DNA from: Oscillospiraceae bacterium | Lineage (GTDB): Bacteria > Bacillota > Clostridia > Oscillospirales > WRJC01 | Assembly: GCA_009777355.1 (NCBI GenBank) | Contig: WRMA01000003.1 | Coordinates: 1 to 54,492, forward strand | DNA: 54,492 nt | Direction: 5' to 3' | Shown: in pieces, positions 1 through 9,409 of the stretch | Layout: each line of letters opens with the position of its first letter | Numbering within the stretch: position 1 is the stretch's first letter | The notes under the pieces: model-generated | Told to the model about the DNA's origin: nothing | What the model saw: only the letters and a program-made list of their open reading frames with translations | The model's database searches: none | Position numbers and translations under genes: made by a program

Positions 1-798
1 TATTCTCGAATACAGCGGAATATCGTCCGCGCGCAGCCCGTCCGGATAGCCTTCCCCGTTCATCCGCTCGTGATGATGCCTCACGCCTTTTTTTATATCT
101 TCGTTAAAATTAATATTATTGCTTATCATCTCCTGAGAATATACCGGATGTTTTTTTACGAGTTCATAATCGTCTTCGCCGAGTTTTCCCGGAAAATCCA
201 GAATCTGCGAGGGTATTCTCGTTTTTCCCACGTCGTGCACCAGCCCGAGCAGAACCAGCTCCTGCGTCTGTCTTTTGCCGAAACCGAGCCACTTCGCCAT
301 GAGTCCGTTTATTATCGCGACGTTCGTGCTGTGCCTGTATAAATACTCGTCGACTTCGTTGCCCGCGTTTATACACTGGAACAGCTCCGCCGGGTCTGTC
401 ACGTCTATGCGTTTTATAACCGATTTTCCCGCGTCGCTCGCCTGCTGATACGGCACGCTGTCCGTCACCTGAGATACCGTGAGCATATTTTCCGTTTCTG
501 TTTTAAGGGCAGAATAACCCGTCGTATTCTCGAATTTCTTCTGTTTCGATTCCTTCGGTATGCCCCTGTTCACGAGTTCCCGGCGTACTTCGGAGCTTAC
601 TTTTATATTATGCTGCGAATCGTTGAAATTTTTCAGTCTGCTAATCAGCGTATCAGTCAGAGTAATTCCCTTAGCGACCAAAAGCAGTTTCCCGTTGTAG
701 TTATAAATATCGTCCTGCGCGACCATTCCCGGGTATAAATATCCGATAGATATAGTTTCCAGTACCTTTTCTTCGCCAAAATCAAATCCGAACGGCAT
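1..798 (-). CDS. HD-GYP domain cyclic-di-GMP phosphodiesterase (3'-partial, runs off window start; absent from ORF track)
   Basis: Manual translation from ATG at 798 (RBS GAGAGGGG upstream): MPFGFDFGEEK...YLYRHSTNVA...LVHDVGKTRIP...KHPVYS...HHHERMNGEGYPDGL...IPLYSRI; HD and HHExxxGxGYP motifs. Confidence 0.9.
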   Translation of the reverse strand, partial: MPFGFDFGEEKVLETISIGYLYPGMVAQDDIYNYNGKLLLVAKGITLTDTLISRLKNFNDSQHNIKVSSEVRRELVNRGIPKESKQKKFENTTGYSALKTETENMLTVSQVTDSVPYQQASDAGKSVIKRIDVTDPAELFQCINAGNEVDEYLYRHSTNVAIINGLMAKWLGFGKRQTQELVLLGLVHDVGKTRIPSQILDFPGKLGEDDYELVKKHPVYSQEMISNNINFNEDIKKGVRHHHERMNGEGYPDGLRADDIPLYSRI

Positions 799-851
799 CC
801 GAAATCCCCTCTCAATCACAATTCTAATTTATAATTTTAATTTTTATTATT

Positions 852-986
852 AGACTTCTTACGAAATTAAAATCCTGATTGTAGGGGCGCGCATTGCGCG
901 TCCGCAAAACCAACGCAGTTTTGACGTTTTTCAGACGGACGGCCAATGGCCGCCCCTACATGGTAACGTGATTTCGCAAGAGGTCT
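852..986. mobile_element. MITE-like element (AGAC-type termini) carrying an inverted pair of GTAG REP-like hairpins (family A)
   Basis: Ends AGACTTCTTACGAAA / TTTCGCAAGAGGTCT flanked by ATT...ATT; internal GTAGGGGCGCGCATTGCGCGTCC...GGACGGCCAATGGCCGCCCCTAC; near-identical copy at 12546-12680. Confidence 0.8.
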
Positions 987-988
987 AT

Positions 989-1648
989 TCAAATCTTTAC
1001 GAATCCGCATAAATCATTCAGAAAGCATTTCCCGCACTCCGGATTTTTCGCTTTGCAGTATTCCCTGCCGAACAATACCAACCTGTGGCAGAAATTATTC
1101 GATTCCTCGGGAGGTATAATTTCAGCGAGCCGTTTTTCAGTCAAATACGGATTACTTGTACCGCCGCATAAACCAAGACGGTCAGATATTCTTATGCAAT
1201 GGGTATCGGTTACGATTGCGGGTTTGCCGAAGATATCCCCCCTGATTAAATTCGCGATTTTACGCCCGATTCCCGGAAGTTTAAGCAAATCGTCCATTTC
1301 TTCGGGAACACGGGAGTCAAATTCTTCGAGCAGCATACGGCACATGTCTTTTATATTTTTCGCCTTTGTTTTATATAACCCGCACGAAAATACCGCCTTT
1401 TCGAGTTCTTCCGTATCCGCGTCCGCAAAATCCTCTATCGACCCGAACCGTTTAAACAAATCTTTCGAAACCGCGTTTACCCTCGCGTCGGTACACTGGG
1501 CCGCGAGTCTCGCCATAATCAGCAGTTTATACGGCTCTCTGCGATATTCGAGCGAACAGTCCGCAGCGGGATAGTATCCTTTCAGCCTGTCTATTATAAT
1601 ATCTACTCTGTTATCCGTATTTTTATTTATATTATTATTATTTTTCAT
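989..1648 (-). CDS. nth: Endonuclease III (HhH-GPD DNA glycosylase/AP lyase)
   Basis: AQCTDARVN, HhH LPGIGRKIAN, VTDTHCIR, C-terminal 4Fe-4S motif CKAKNPECGKCFLNDLC. Confidence 0.95.
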   Translation of the reverse strand: MKNNNNINKNTDNRVDIIIDRLKGYYPAADCSLEYRREPYKLLIMARLAAQCTDARVNAVSKDLFKRFGSIEDFADADTEELEKAVFSCGLYKTKAKNIKDMCRMLLEEFDSRVPEEMDDLLKLPGIGRKIANLIRGDIFGKPAIVTDTHCIRISDRLGLCGGTSNPYLTEKRLAEIIPPEESNNFCHRLVLFGREYCKAKNPECGKCFLNDLCGFVKI

Positions 1649-1673
1649 GTTCTATTTTATATTTTTATATAAA

Positions 1674-2939
1674 TTAATACAACGGATACTTATCGCAAAG
1701 TTTATTGACTTCGTCTCTTATATAATCCGCCTTGTTTTCAAAATCCGCCGCCGCAAGCTTAAATAACTTCGCGATTACCGGCATATCCTCTTCACAAAAT
1801 CCCCGCGAGGTCGCAGCCGGAACTCCCACTCTTATCCCGCTTGTAACAAACGGCGACAGAGGTTCGTTGGGTATCGTGTTTTTATTGACTGTTATATAAA
1901 CCTCGTCAAGACGTTTTTCAAAGTCCTTGCCCGTAGTATTATATCTTCTCAGGTCAACAAGCATAAGATGATTGTCTGTTCCTCCGGAAACCAAATCAAA
2001 ACCCTCGCTTATTAAACTTTCGGACAGAACTTTCGCGTTTCTTATTATTTTATTCTGATAAATCTTAAACCCCGGTTCGAGCGCTTCTCCGAAGCAAACG
2101 GCTTTTGCAGCGATTATATGCATCAGCGGGCCGCCCTGTATCCCGGGGAATACGGCTTTGTTTATCTTCTTTGCAATTTCCTCATCGTTTGATAATATCA
2201 TGCCTCCGCGAGGCCCTCTCAAAGTCTTATGCGTGGTAGTCGTGACAACGTCGGCATACAAAACGGGGTTTTGATGTAATCCGGCGGCGACAAGACCGGC
2301 GATATGCGCCATATCGACCATTAAGTACGCGCCGCATTTTTCGGCAATCTCCCCGAATCTCTCAAAATCAATAAGCCGCGGGTACGCAGTCGCTCCCGCG
2401 AGTATCATCTTCGGTTTGTGTTTCATTGCGAGAGCTTCAACTTTATCGTAATTTATCAAATGGGTATCGTCCTCAACCCCGTAGGGAATAAAATTATAAT
2501 ACGCGCCCGAAATATTAACGGGGCTTCCGTGCGTCAGGTGTCCTCCGTTTGCGAGGCTCATGCCCAAAACGGTATCTCCGGGCTGCAGGAGTCCGAAATA
2601 GACCGCCGTATTCGCCTGGGCGCCGCTGTGCGGCTGAACGTTCGCGAATTTCGACCCGAAGAGCTTGTTCGCCCTCTCTATCGTTAAGCTTTCCACTTCG
2701 TCCACACATTCGCACCCGCCGTAGTATCTTTTCCCGGGATAGCCTTCGGCATATTTATTGGTGAGAACTGTTGCGGCGGCGGCAAGCACCGCCGGAGAAA
2801 CAAAGTTCTCTGAAGCGATAAGCTCTATATTTCTTTTCTGACGTTTAATTTCCTTTTCGACGAGAGCCGCGAGCTTTGAGTCGCGCGATTTCAGAAAATC
2901 AAGATTATTTTCAACAAAATTCATATTTATTTTCTCCAT
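1674..2939 (-). CDS. glyA: Serine hydroxymethyltransferase
   Basis: [32 protein letters not shown]-lysine motif [14 protein letters not shown]. Confidence 0.98.
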   Translation of the reverse strand: MEKINMNFVENNLDFLKSRDSKLAALVEKEIKRQKRNIELIASENFVSPAVLAAAATVLTNKYAEGYPGKRYYGGCECVDEVESLTIERANKLFGSKFANVQPHSGAQANTAVYFGLLQPGDTVLGMSLANGGHLTHGSPVNISGAYYNFIPYGVEDDTHLINYDKVEALAMKHKPKMILAGATAYPRLIDFERFGEIAEKCGAYLMVDMAHIAGLVAAGLHQNPVLYADVVTTTTHKTLRGPRGGMILSNDEEIAKKINKAVFPGIQGGPLMHIIAAKAVCFGEALEPGFKIYQNKIIRNAKVLSESLISEGFDLVSGGTDNHLMLVDLRRYNTTGKDFEKRLDEVYITVNKNTIPNEPLSPFVTSGIRVGVPAATSRGFCEEDMPVIAKLFKLAAADFENKADYIRDEVNKLCDKYPLY

Positions 2940-3002
2940 TTTTTAATTCATACGGGCGAAATTCAGACAAATACGCGAATCGTCCCGCAGTCCGCAATTT
3001 TA

Positions 3003-3030
3003 ATTATATCACAAAAATATTTTTTGTCAA
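3003..3030 (-). promoter_or_regulatory. sigmaA-type promoter for glyA-nth
   Basis: TTGACA-16 bp-TATAAT with extended TG on the minus strand. Confidence 0.6.
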
Positions 3031-3146
3031 TAGCTAAAAACATTTTTTCCTTATATTATCTTGAAAAATAATTATTTATATGTTAATATATAAACGGAAC
3101 AAAAAATTACATAAATTTTTACGATGGGGGGAGTATAATATTTAAA

Positions 3147-4085
3147 ATGCGGATATCCGATATATCTATATCAAAAGAACCGGTTTTATTATCGCGCGAT
3201 TATATAAGAAAACTGTTTGATTTTGACGGCAGAGCGAAAGAAAGAGACACGAACAAAGGCGATTTCGGGAAGCTTCTCGCGGTATGCGGCTCAAAAAACA
3301 TGACGGGGGCGGCGTTTTTCGCCGCGGCGGGAGCTTTACGCTGCGGAGTCGGTCTTCTATATCTCGCGTCCGAAGAAAAAGCCCTCGATATTTTACAGAC
3401 AAAATTAAACGAGCCTATTTTCGTTCCTGTTAATTTTGAAAAGCCCGAAGAGATTATAAAAATCCCGGAGAATATCAAGCCGTCGGCCGTTTTAATCGGT
3501 CCGGGTCTCGGAGTTGAAAACAGCCTTAAATTCACGAACGCTTTATTAGATTTGTTTAAACAAAACTATAATATCAATAAAATTATAAAATCAGTTATTT
3601 TTGACGCGGACGGCATAAATTCTCTCTGCCTGAATATAAATATACTGGAGACGTTATCAAGCGTAACTGAAATAATACTGACTCCCCACCCGGGCGAGAT
3701 GGCAAGGCTTTGCATAGCCGCGAAATTCGACGGGGTAAACTCTCCGGACGACGTACAAAAAAACAGAGTTAATATCGCGTCCGTTTTCTCCCGGAGATAT
3801 AACTGCGTACTCGTCCTAAAAGGCGCAAACACAGTTATATCGGGGAAAAACGGCGATATATATATAAATCCCACCGGCAATCCCGGAATGTCGAAAGGCG
3901 GCAGCGGGGATATACTTGCGGGCATGGCGGCTTCGTACTGCGCCCAGGGGGTCGACCCCGTGATTTCAGCCTGCGCCGCGGTTTATCTTCACGGACTCGC
4001 GGGAGACTATGCCGCCCGAAGATATTCCGAGAGGGGTATGCTTCCGTCCGATATGCTCGATATAATCGGCGAACTGCAAAAATAA
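3147..4085 (+). CDS. nnrD: ADP/ATP-dependent NAD(P)HX dehydratase (YjeF C-terminal domain only)
   Basis: NKGDFGK, GAAFFAA, IGPGLG, DADG, LTPHPGEMARL, VLKGANT, GGSGDILAG. Confidence 0.92.
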   Translation: MRISDISISKEPVLLSRDYIRKLFDFDGRAKERDTNKGDFGKLLAVCGSKNMTGAAFFAAAGALRCGVGLLYLASEEKALDILQTKLNEPIFVPVNFEKPEEIIKIPENIKPSAVLIGPGLGVENSLKFTNALLDLFKQNYNINKIIKSVIFDADGINSLCLNINILETLSSVTEIILTPHPGEMARLCIAAKFDGVNSPDDVQKNRVNIASVFSRRYNCVLVLKGANTVISGKNGDIYINPTGNPGMSKGGSGDILAGMAASYCAQGVDPVISACAAVYLHGLAGDYAARRYSERGMLPSDMLDIIGELQK

Positions 4086-4145
4086 TTAATAATTAAAACA
4101 AAGGACTGTGAATTTTTTAAAAAATTTTTTCGGGGTGTTTGTTTT

Positions 4146-4817
4146 ATGAAGTCTTTTGTTAAAATTATTCTGGTTTTTCTGTGCGTATCAAATATATTTA
4201 TATCCATATTTATATCCTCCTGTACCGGAAACTCGCCGTTTGATTTATACGACGGCGAGTTTCTGGAAAAAAAACTCGCTCTGCCGTATAATATAGAGGG
4301 AGTATTGAGCCAAAACGGCGAAAGATACGATATAATAATAGAGAGTACGGCGAATATAGGCGGCGACGGTAAGATACAAAACGGAGAGTTTACGGTCAGA
4401 TTTATTTCCGGCGACGTTACCGAAGGCTTGACGGTCGAATTTTTCGAAGAGGGAGTGTTTTTATTCTTCGACGATTTGAGATTTAAGACAAACAGTGAAA
4501 TTTTCACGAATCTCGAAGCTTTGAAGTCGGCCCTTGAAACTCTGGGAGCGCCGCACATAGAAAAATACGTCGCCGACAGCGCGCCCCTCGACGGTTTGGA
4601 TATACTTGAAATCGGCGTAAAGAGTTCGGGCGGGGATATTAAGGCCTATGTAAACAAGCTCGACGGAGGGATAGTGAGGCTCGCCGAAAATTTAAACGGC
4701 ACGGATATAATACTCGACGTGAGAAAATTCGAAAACACGGCCGATATAGGCAGGAACACGGATATACAGAGCGAAGTTTTCGACGTCGCCGACGATTATA
4801 TAAACATATACGATTAA
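4146..4817 (+). CDS. Putative lipoprotein in the GerS/YdcC position upstream of alr
   Basis: Hydrophobic signal peptide ending in lipobox-like ISSC; lies between nnrD and alr; function inferred from synteny only. Confidence 0.55.
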   Translation: MKSFVKIILVFLCVSNIFISIFISSCTGNSPFDLYDGEFLEKKLALPYNIEGVLSQNGERYDIIIESTANIGGDGKIQNGEFTVRFISGDVTEGLTVEFFEEGVFLFFDDLRFKTNSEIFTNLEALKSALETLGAPHIEKYVADSAPLDGLDILEIGVKSSGGDIKAYVNKLDGGIVRLAENLNGTDIILDVRKFENTADIGRNTDIQSEVFDVADDYINIYD

Positions 4818-4860
4818 AATAAATAATAATTAGAAACAAAAAGGATAAAGAAAAAAGAGA

Positions 4861-6081
4861 ATGGAACAAAGGGCAGACAGACGGACATGGGTTGAGATTA
4901 ATCTCGGCGCAATAGAACAGAACGTCCGGACTATAAATAAAATACTGGACGGCAAATCAAAAATCATGGCTATAGTCAAAGCCGACGCTTACGGTCACGG
5001 GGCGGCGTTCGCCTCCCGGGAACTCGAGATTTGCGGCGTTGACTTTTTCGGCGTGTCTTCGCTCGACGAGGCCATGCAGTTAAGGGACGGCGGCATCTCA
5101 AAAAATATATTGATTCTCGGCTATACGAATCCCTCGGACGGAAATATAAAAAAACTTATAAAATATAATATAACCCAGACCGTTTTTGATTTCGACTATG
5201 TTAAAATAATATCGGAACGTGCAAAAATAAACGGCGGCGTTATTAAAATACACATAAAAATAGATACGGGCATGAATCGACTGGGGTTCAGATACACAAG
5301 CAAGAACAAAGATAAAAATATTATCTCTGAAATAAAACAGATAAAAGAACTTAAAAATATAATAAGCGAGGGGATTTTTACGCATTTCGCCGCCGCCGAC
5401 GATAAAAAATCAGGTTTTACAAAGGAACAGTTCGGTTTGTTTCTCGAACTTATAAACTCCCTCGAAAGAGAAAATATTTATTTTAATATAAAACACGCCG
5501 CAAACAGCGGCGCGACGTTGAATTTCAGAGAAACGCATCTGGATTACGTCCGGTGCGGTTTGATTTTATACGGGCTTTACCCTTCTAAACAAACGCAGAC
5601 TGACGCAGAATATAAAAATCAGGATTTAAAGCTTATACCCGCAATGGAGCTCAAAACTATAATATCGCAGCTCCATTCGGTTAAAGCCGGGGAAACGGTC
5701 GGTTACGGCAGGACTTATAAATCGGGCAAAGATATATTATGCGGGATACTTCCCATCGGCTACGCGGACGGATTTTCGAGACTGCTGTCAAACTCCGCGA
5801 GCGTTATAGCGCGGGGAAAACAGGTTCCGGTAATAGGCAGGGTATGCATGGACCAGAGCGTAATAGACGTTACGGACTGCGAAAACGTCAAAGCCGGAGA
5901 CATCGTGACCGTGTTCGGCTTTGACGTTTCGGGAGAGCATATACCCGTCGAACAGGCGGCGGATATGGCCGATACCATAAACTATGAGGTCGTATGCCTA
6001 ATCGGCAAGAGAGTACCCAGAATATTTTTCAAAAACGGGGAGGAAACCGGGTATTTAAATTATATAATCCCGAATAAATAA
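4861..6081 (+). CDS. alr: Alanine racemase
   Basis: AIVKADAYGHG PLP motif, HIKIDTGMNRLG, HAANSG, PIGYADG, GRVCMDQ, TINYE. Confidence 0.97.
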   Translation: MEQRADRRTWVEINLGAIEQNVRTINKILDGKSKIMAIVKADAYGHGAAFASRELEICGVDFFGVSSLDEAMQLRDGGISKNILILGYTNPSDGNIKKLIKYNITQTVFDFDYVKIISERAKINGGVIKIHIKIDTGMNRLGFRYTSKNKDKNIISEIKQIKELKNIISEGIFTHFAAADDKKSGFTKEQFGLFLELINSLERENIYFNIKHAANSGATLNFRETHLDYVRCGLILYGLYPSKQTQTDAEYKNQDLKLIPAMELKTIISQLHSVKAGETVGYGRTYKSGKDILCGILPIGYADGFSRLLSNSASVIARGKQVPVIGRVCMDQSVIDVTDCENVKAGDIVTVFGFDVSGEHIPVEQAADMADTINYEVVCLIGKRVPRIFFKNGEETGYLNYIIPNK

Positions 6082-6093
6082 TAATTATTTAAT

Positions 6094-6257
6094 AGACCTC
6101 TTTCAAAACCGAAATACGACCACCCCGCCGTCTGCGGACGGCACCCCTCCACGGAGGGGAATAGGGAATAAACGTCTGAAAGTGAGTGAAAATTCCCCTC
6201 CGCGGAGGGGTGGCGCGACGCGTAAGCGGCGTGACGGGGTGGTTTTGAAAGAAGTCC
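6094..6257. mobile_element. MITE-like element (AGAC-type termini) carrying an inverted pair of family-B REP-like palindromes
   Basis: Ends AGACCTCTTTCAAAA / TTTTGAAAGAAGTCC flanked by AAT...AAT; internal ACCACCCCGCCGTCTGCGGACGGCACCCCTCCACGGAGGGG and its inverted variant; between convergent genes. Confidence 0.75.
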
Positions 6258-6266
6258 AATATTATA

Positions 6267-7604
6267 TTATTTTTTTATTTTATTTATAAAATCGGCCAGA
6301 ACGTCGTTCATGTCGGGTTTGCCTATTTCCTGAAGGGCATATTCGACCCGGGTGTTAGGCTTGTTTATTTTTACGATTCTGTTTAAATCTATCGGGGTCG
6401 CTATAACGACGGAATCGCAGTCGGACGCGTTTATCGTTTTCTCGAGGTCGCTGATCTGCTCTTCACCGTAACCCATAGCGGGGAGAAGATTGCCTATATT
6501 CGGGTAAATCCTGTAAGTTTCAGCTAATTTGCCGACGGCGTATTCTCTCGGGTCGACGAGTTCCGACGCTCCGAAGCGTTTTGCCGCGACCGTTCCCGCG
6601 CCGATTTTCATTTCGCCGTGCGTAAGCGTAGGACCGTCTTCGACAACCAGAACTCTTTTGCCGCGTATTATATCGGGATTCTCCACGCTTATAGTAGAAG
6701 CCGCGTCGACGACTGTCGCGCCTTGATTAACTCTCGCGATATTTTCCCTGACTTTTTGTATACCCGCAAAATCCGCGCTGTCAATTTTATTTATAACTAT
6801 AATATCCGCTATGCGCAGAGTGACTTCGCCCGGATAATAAGCGAGCTCGTGACCGGGTCTGTGAGGGTCGACGACAGTAACTGTCAAGTCGGGCTGATAG
6901 AACGGGAAGTCGTTGTTTCCCCCGTCCCATAAAATAACGTCGCAGCCGTCCGGGTCGTTTTCGGCGGCGCGCAGAATCGCTTCATAGTCAACCCCCGCGT
7001 AAATAACGTTTCCTCTCGCGATATGCGGTTCGTATTCTTCCATTTCTTCTATCGTGCATTTATATTTATCCAAATCTTCTATATTCGCGAATCTCTGTAC
7101 TTTCTGTTCTTCGAGGTCGCCGTAAGGCATAGGATGTCTGATTGCGATAACTTTAAGATTATTCGCCATTAAAATTTCGGCTATGCGTCTCGACGTCTGG
7201 CTTTTTCCGCAGCCCGTGCGGGTCGCTCCGACGGCAATCACGGGCTTCGTACTCTTAATCATAGTATTTTTATGCCCCAGCAATTTAAAATCCGCGCCGG
7301 CGGCGTTTACTTTCGCACCAAGCCCCATAACAAAAGCATAAGGCACGTCGCTGTAAGAAAAAACGCACTCGTCTATATTCAAATCTTTTATAAGACGTTC
7401 GAGTTCTTTTTCCTCATATATAGGTATCCCGTCCGGATATAAATCCCCCGCGAGAGAGGCGGGATATTTTCTGCCCGCTATATCGGGGATTTGCGCGGCG
7501 GTAAACGCCTCGACTTTATAAGCGGGATTACCCCTGTAAAAAGTATTGAAGTTGTGGAAATCGCGTCCGGCCGCGCCGATGATAATAATTTTCTGCTGTT
7601 TCAT
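6267..7604 (-). CDS. COG2403 P-loop NTPase (cyclic 2,3-diphosphoglycerate synthetase-like); probable ArcE-type arginine synthetase
   Basis: GAAGRDFHNFN, P-loop TRTGCGKS, RHPMPYG, TIEEMEEYEPH, WDGGNND, EDGPTLTHG, LPAMGY; ARG boxes in its promoter support an arginine link. Confidence 0.8.
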   Translation of the reverse strand: MKQQKIIIIGAAGRDFHNFNTFYRGNPAYKVEAFTAAQIPDIAGRKYPASLAGDLYPDGIPIYEEKELERLIKDLNIDECVFSYSDVPYAFVMGLGAKVNAAGADFKLLGHKNTMIKSTKPVIAVGATRTGCGKSQTSRRIAEILMANNLKVIAIRHPMPYGDLEEQKVQRFANIEDLDKYKCTIEEMEEYEPHIARGNVIYAGVDYEAILRAAENDPDGCDVILWDGGNNDFPFYQPDLTVTVVDPHRPGHELAYYPGEVTLRIADIIVINKIDSADFAGIQKVRENIARVNQGATVVDAASTISVENPDIIRGKRVLVVEDGPTLTHGEMKIGAGTVAAKRFGASELVDPREYAVGKLAETYRIYPNIGNLLPAMGYGEEQISDLEKTINASDCDSVVIATPIDLNRIVKINKPNTRVEYALQEIGKPDMNDVLADFINKIKK

Positions 7605-7676
7605 AAAAAATTTTTCTCCTTTTTTTGTTATTTGTTATTTATTATTTGTTATATTTGATTATTTAAAAATCCGGTT

Positions 7677-7714
7677 CGCGTATTATTATACATTGATTTG
7701 AATATTTATTCAAG
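7677..7714 (-). promoter_or_regulatory. Tandem ARG boxes (ArgR operator) overlapping a sigmaA promoter of the COG2403 gene
   Basis: Minus strand ctTGAATAAATATTCAaa (7714-7697), 2-bp spacer, aaTGTATAATAATACGcg (7694-7677); promoter TTGAAT(7713-7708)-17-TATAAT(7690-7685). Confidence 0.72.
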
Positions 7715-7753
7715 AGTTTTAATTATATAATTTTATTATATTATATATAAATA

Positions 7754-8596
7754 TTATTTATATGCGATTATCTTCTCTTCGAGTTTTACTGTCTCTCTGT
7801 AAAATTCCCCGAACGTCAAATTGTCCGGCTTGGCGATTTCCGCCGTAAGATAACCGTCCCAGCCCGTATTTCTCAAAGCGGGGATAATCTTTTCAAAATT
7901 CACGTCGCCGTCAAGCAAAGCCGGCCATGTTCCGCCGCTGTTGAACCCCGAATTTCTCCTGAAATCTTTTATGTGTATATGGCTTATGCGCGGACCCAGT
8001 ATCTCTACCCAGTATTCAGACCATGAAAACGCCGCGACGTTTCCGACGTCGTAATACGCCGTTATATACCCGCAGTCTAAATTATCTATAAAATAAACCA
8101 TGTCAAAGGGCGACATAAAAAACTGATTCCAGACGTTTTCAACCCCGACTTTTATTTTATACTCTAAAATTAATTCCATGCTTGATTTTAAAAACTCAGC
8201 CGAGTTTTCATATGCGCTCTTAATCGAAATATTATTGTTTATTCCCCCGGGTACGACTAATATCCCCGACGCGCCCAGCGCTTTCGCGCAGGCGAGCTGA
8301 CGTTCAAGCAGTTTTTTGCCCAGCTCCCGGTCTTGTTTTTCCGGAGAACCCATATTCGCAATCCACCACATAGAAGTCGAGATACTCGCAACCGGCAGAT
8401 TATATTTTTCAGATATATCTTTTATATCATCAAGCTCTTTTTCAGTCGTTTCAAGCGTCAGCGAATGATTAGACGCATTTTCTTTCGAATCTATATTTAT
8501 TTCTACAGCATCAAAGCCCGCGTCTTTGATTTCCCTGAACATATCGTCAAAATTCGTTTTCGGGTCGACAGACCATGCGTTTATTGATTTCTTCAT
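7754..8596 (-). CDS. Sugar phosphate isomerase/epimerase (xylose isomerase-like TIM barrel)
   Basis: GFDAVEI, GVENVWN, YYDVGN, HIHIKDF, GDVNF, GYLTAE metal-binding pattern. Confidence 0.85.
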   Translation of the reverse strand: MKKSINAWSVDPKTNFDDMFREIKDAGFDAVEINIDSKENASNHSLTLETTEKELDDIKDISEKYNLPVASISTSMWWIANMGSPEKQDRELGKKLLERQLACAKALGASGILVVPGGINNNISIKSAYENSAEFLKSSMELILEYKIKVGVENVWNQFFMSPFDMVYFIDNLDCGYITAYYDVGNVAAFSWSEYWVEILGPRISHIHIKDFRRNSGFNSGGTWPALLDGDVNFEKIIPALRNTGWDGYLTAEIAKPDNLTFGEFYRETVKLEEKIIAYK

Positions 8597-9363
8597 GAAT
8601 TACCCCTCCCGAACATAAATTCCAATACTGACTGTATTTTTAAATCCCAGTAACTCCAGACGTGGTCTCCCTCTGATTCTTCGTAAACGAAATCAAGATT
8701 AATTTTATTTAAATGCTCCCTGAATTTAATATTATCTTCGTATAAAAAGTCTTCAGTACCGCAGCATATATATATTTTCGGTCTTAAATTTTCACTATTT
8801 GACAGTTTTTCTGACAAATAAAACAAATCGAGTTTCTCGCGTTCTTCCCCTTCGAGCTTTAATATAAACCCGAACTCGTCCTGAAGATAATCCGTTTTTT
8901 CAAGTCTGCCGAAAATATCCAGCGCGCCAGACAGCGATGCGGCCGCCGCAAATTTTTCCGGACACGAAAGCCCGAGCTTCATCGCTCCGTATCCTCCCAT
9001 AGAAAGCCCCGCCGCGTAACGGTCCTCCCTTTTATCGGACAACGGGAATAATTCCTGCATAATTTCAATTAATTCCTCTGATATAAACTTAAAATACTGT
9101 CCTCCGTTTTTTCTGTCCGAATAGAAACTCCTGTGTCCGCACGGCATAACTACCGCTACGCCGTAATTTGCGGCGTATCTTTCGATTGACGTATATCTCG
9201 TCCACGCGGTCTGGTCGTCTCCGAGACCGTGCAGAAGATACAGAGTCTTAAACGGCTTTTTGATTTCTGCTGGATTTTCGGGAGAGAACAGCGGAAGTAT
9301 AATATTCGCCCCGCAGTCCATACCCAGAACCTGCGACCTTAAGGTCACGTTTAAAACCGGCAT
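8593..9363 (-). CDS. Alpha/beta-hydrolase esterase (FrmB/tributyrin esterase-like)
   Basis: LYLLHG, nucleophile elbow GLSMGG, CGTEDFL, GDHVWSYW. Confidence 0.88.
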   Translation of the reverse strand: MPVLNVTLRSQVLGMDCGANIILPLFSPENPAEIKKPFKTLYLLHGLGDDQTAWTRYTSIERYAANYGVAVVMPCGHRSFYSDRKNGGQYFKFISEELIEIMQELFPLSDKREDRYAAGLSMGGYGAMKLGLSCPEKFAAAASLSGALDIFGRLEKTDYLQDEFGFILKLEGEEREKLDLFYLSEKLSNSENLRPKIYICCGTEDFLYEDNIKFREHLNKINLDFVYEESEGDHVWSYWDLKIQSVLEFMFGRGNS

Positions 9364-9409
9364 TATAAAAATCTCCTTTGTTAAATTTAATTATTTTATT
9401 TATTATTTT

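Noticed and set aside
70-376. ORF-track ORFs 70-342 (+) and 164-376 (-)
   Set aside because: Both lie inside the real HD-GYP frame (798 to <1), which the track missed because it has no stop in the window.
2940-3000. GC-rich glyA leader as a ZTP, THF or glycine riboswitch
   Set aside because: Only ~55 nt between promoter and start codon, and no recognisable aptamer consensus; a weak hairpin at most.
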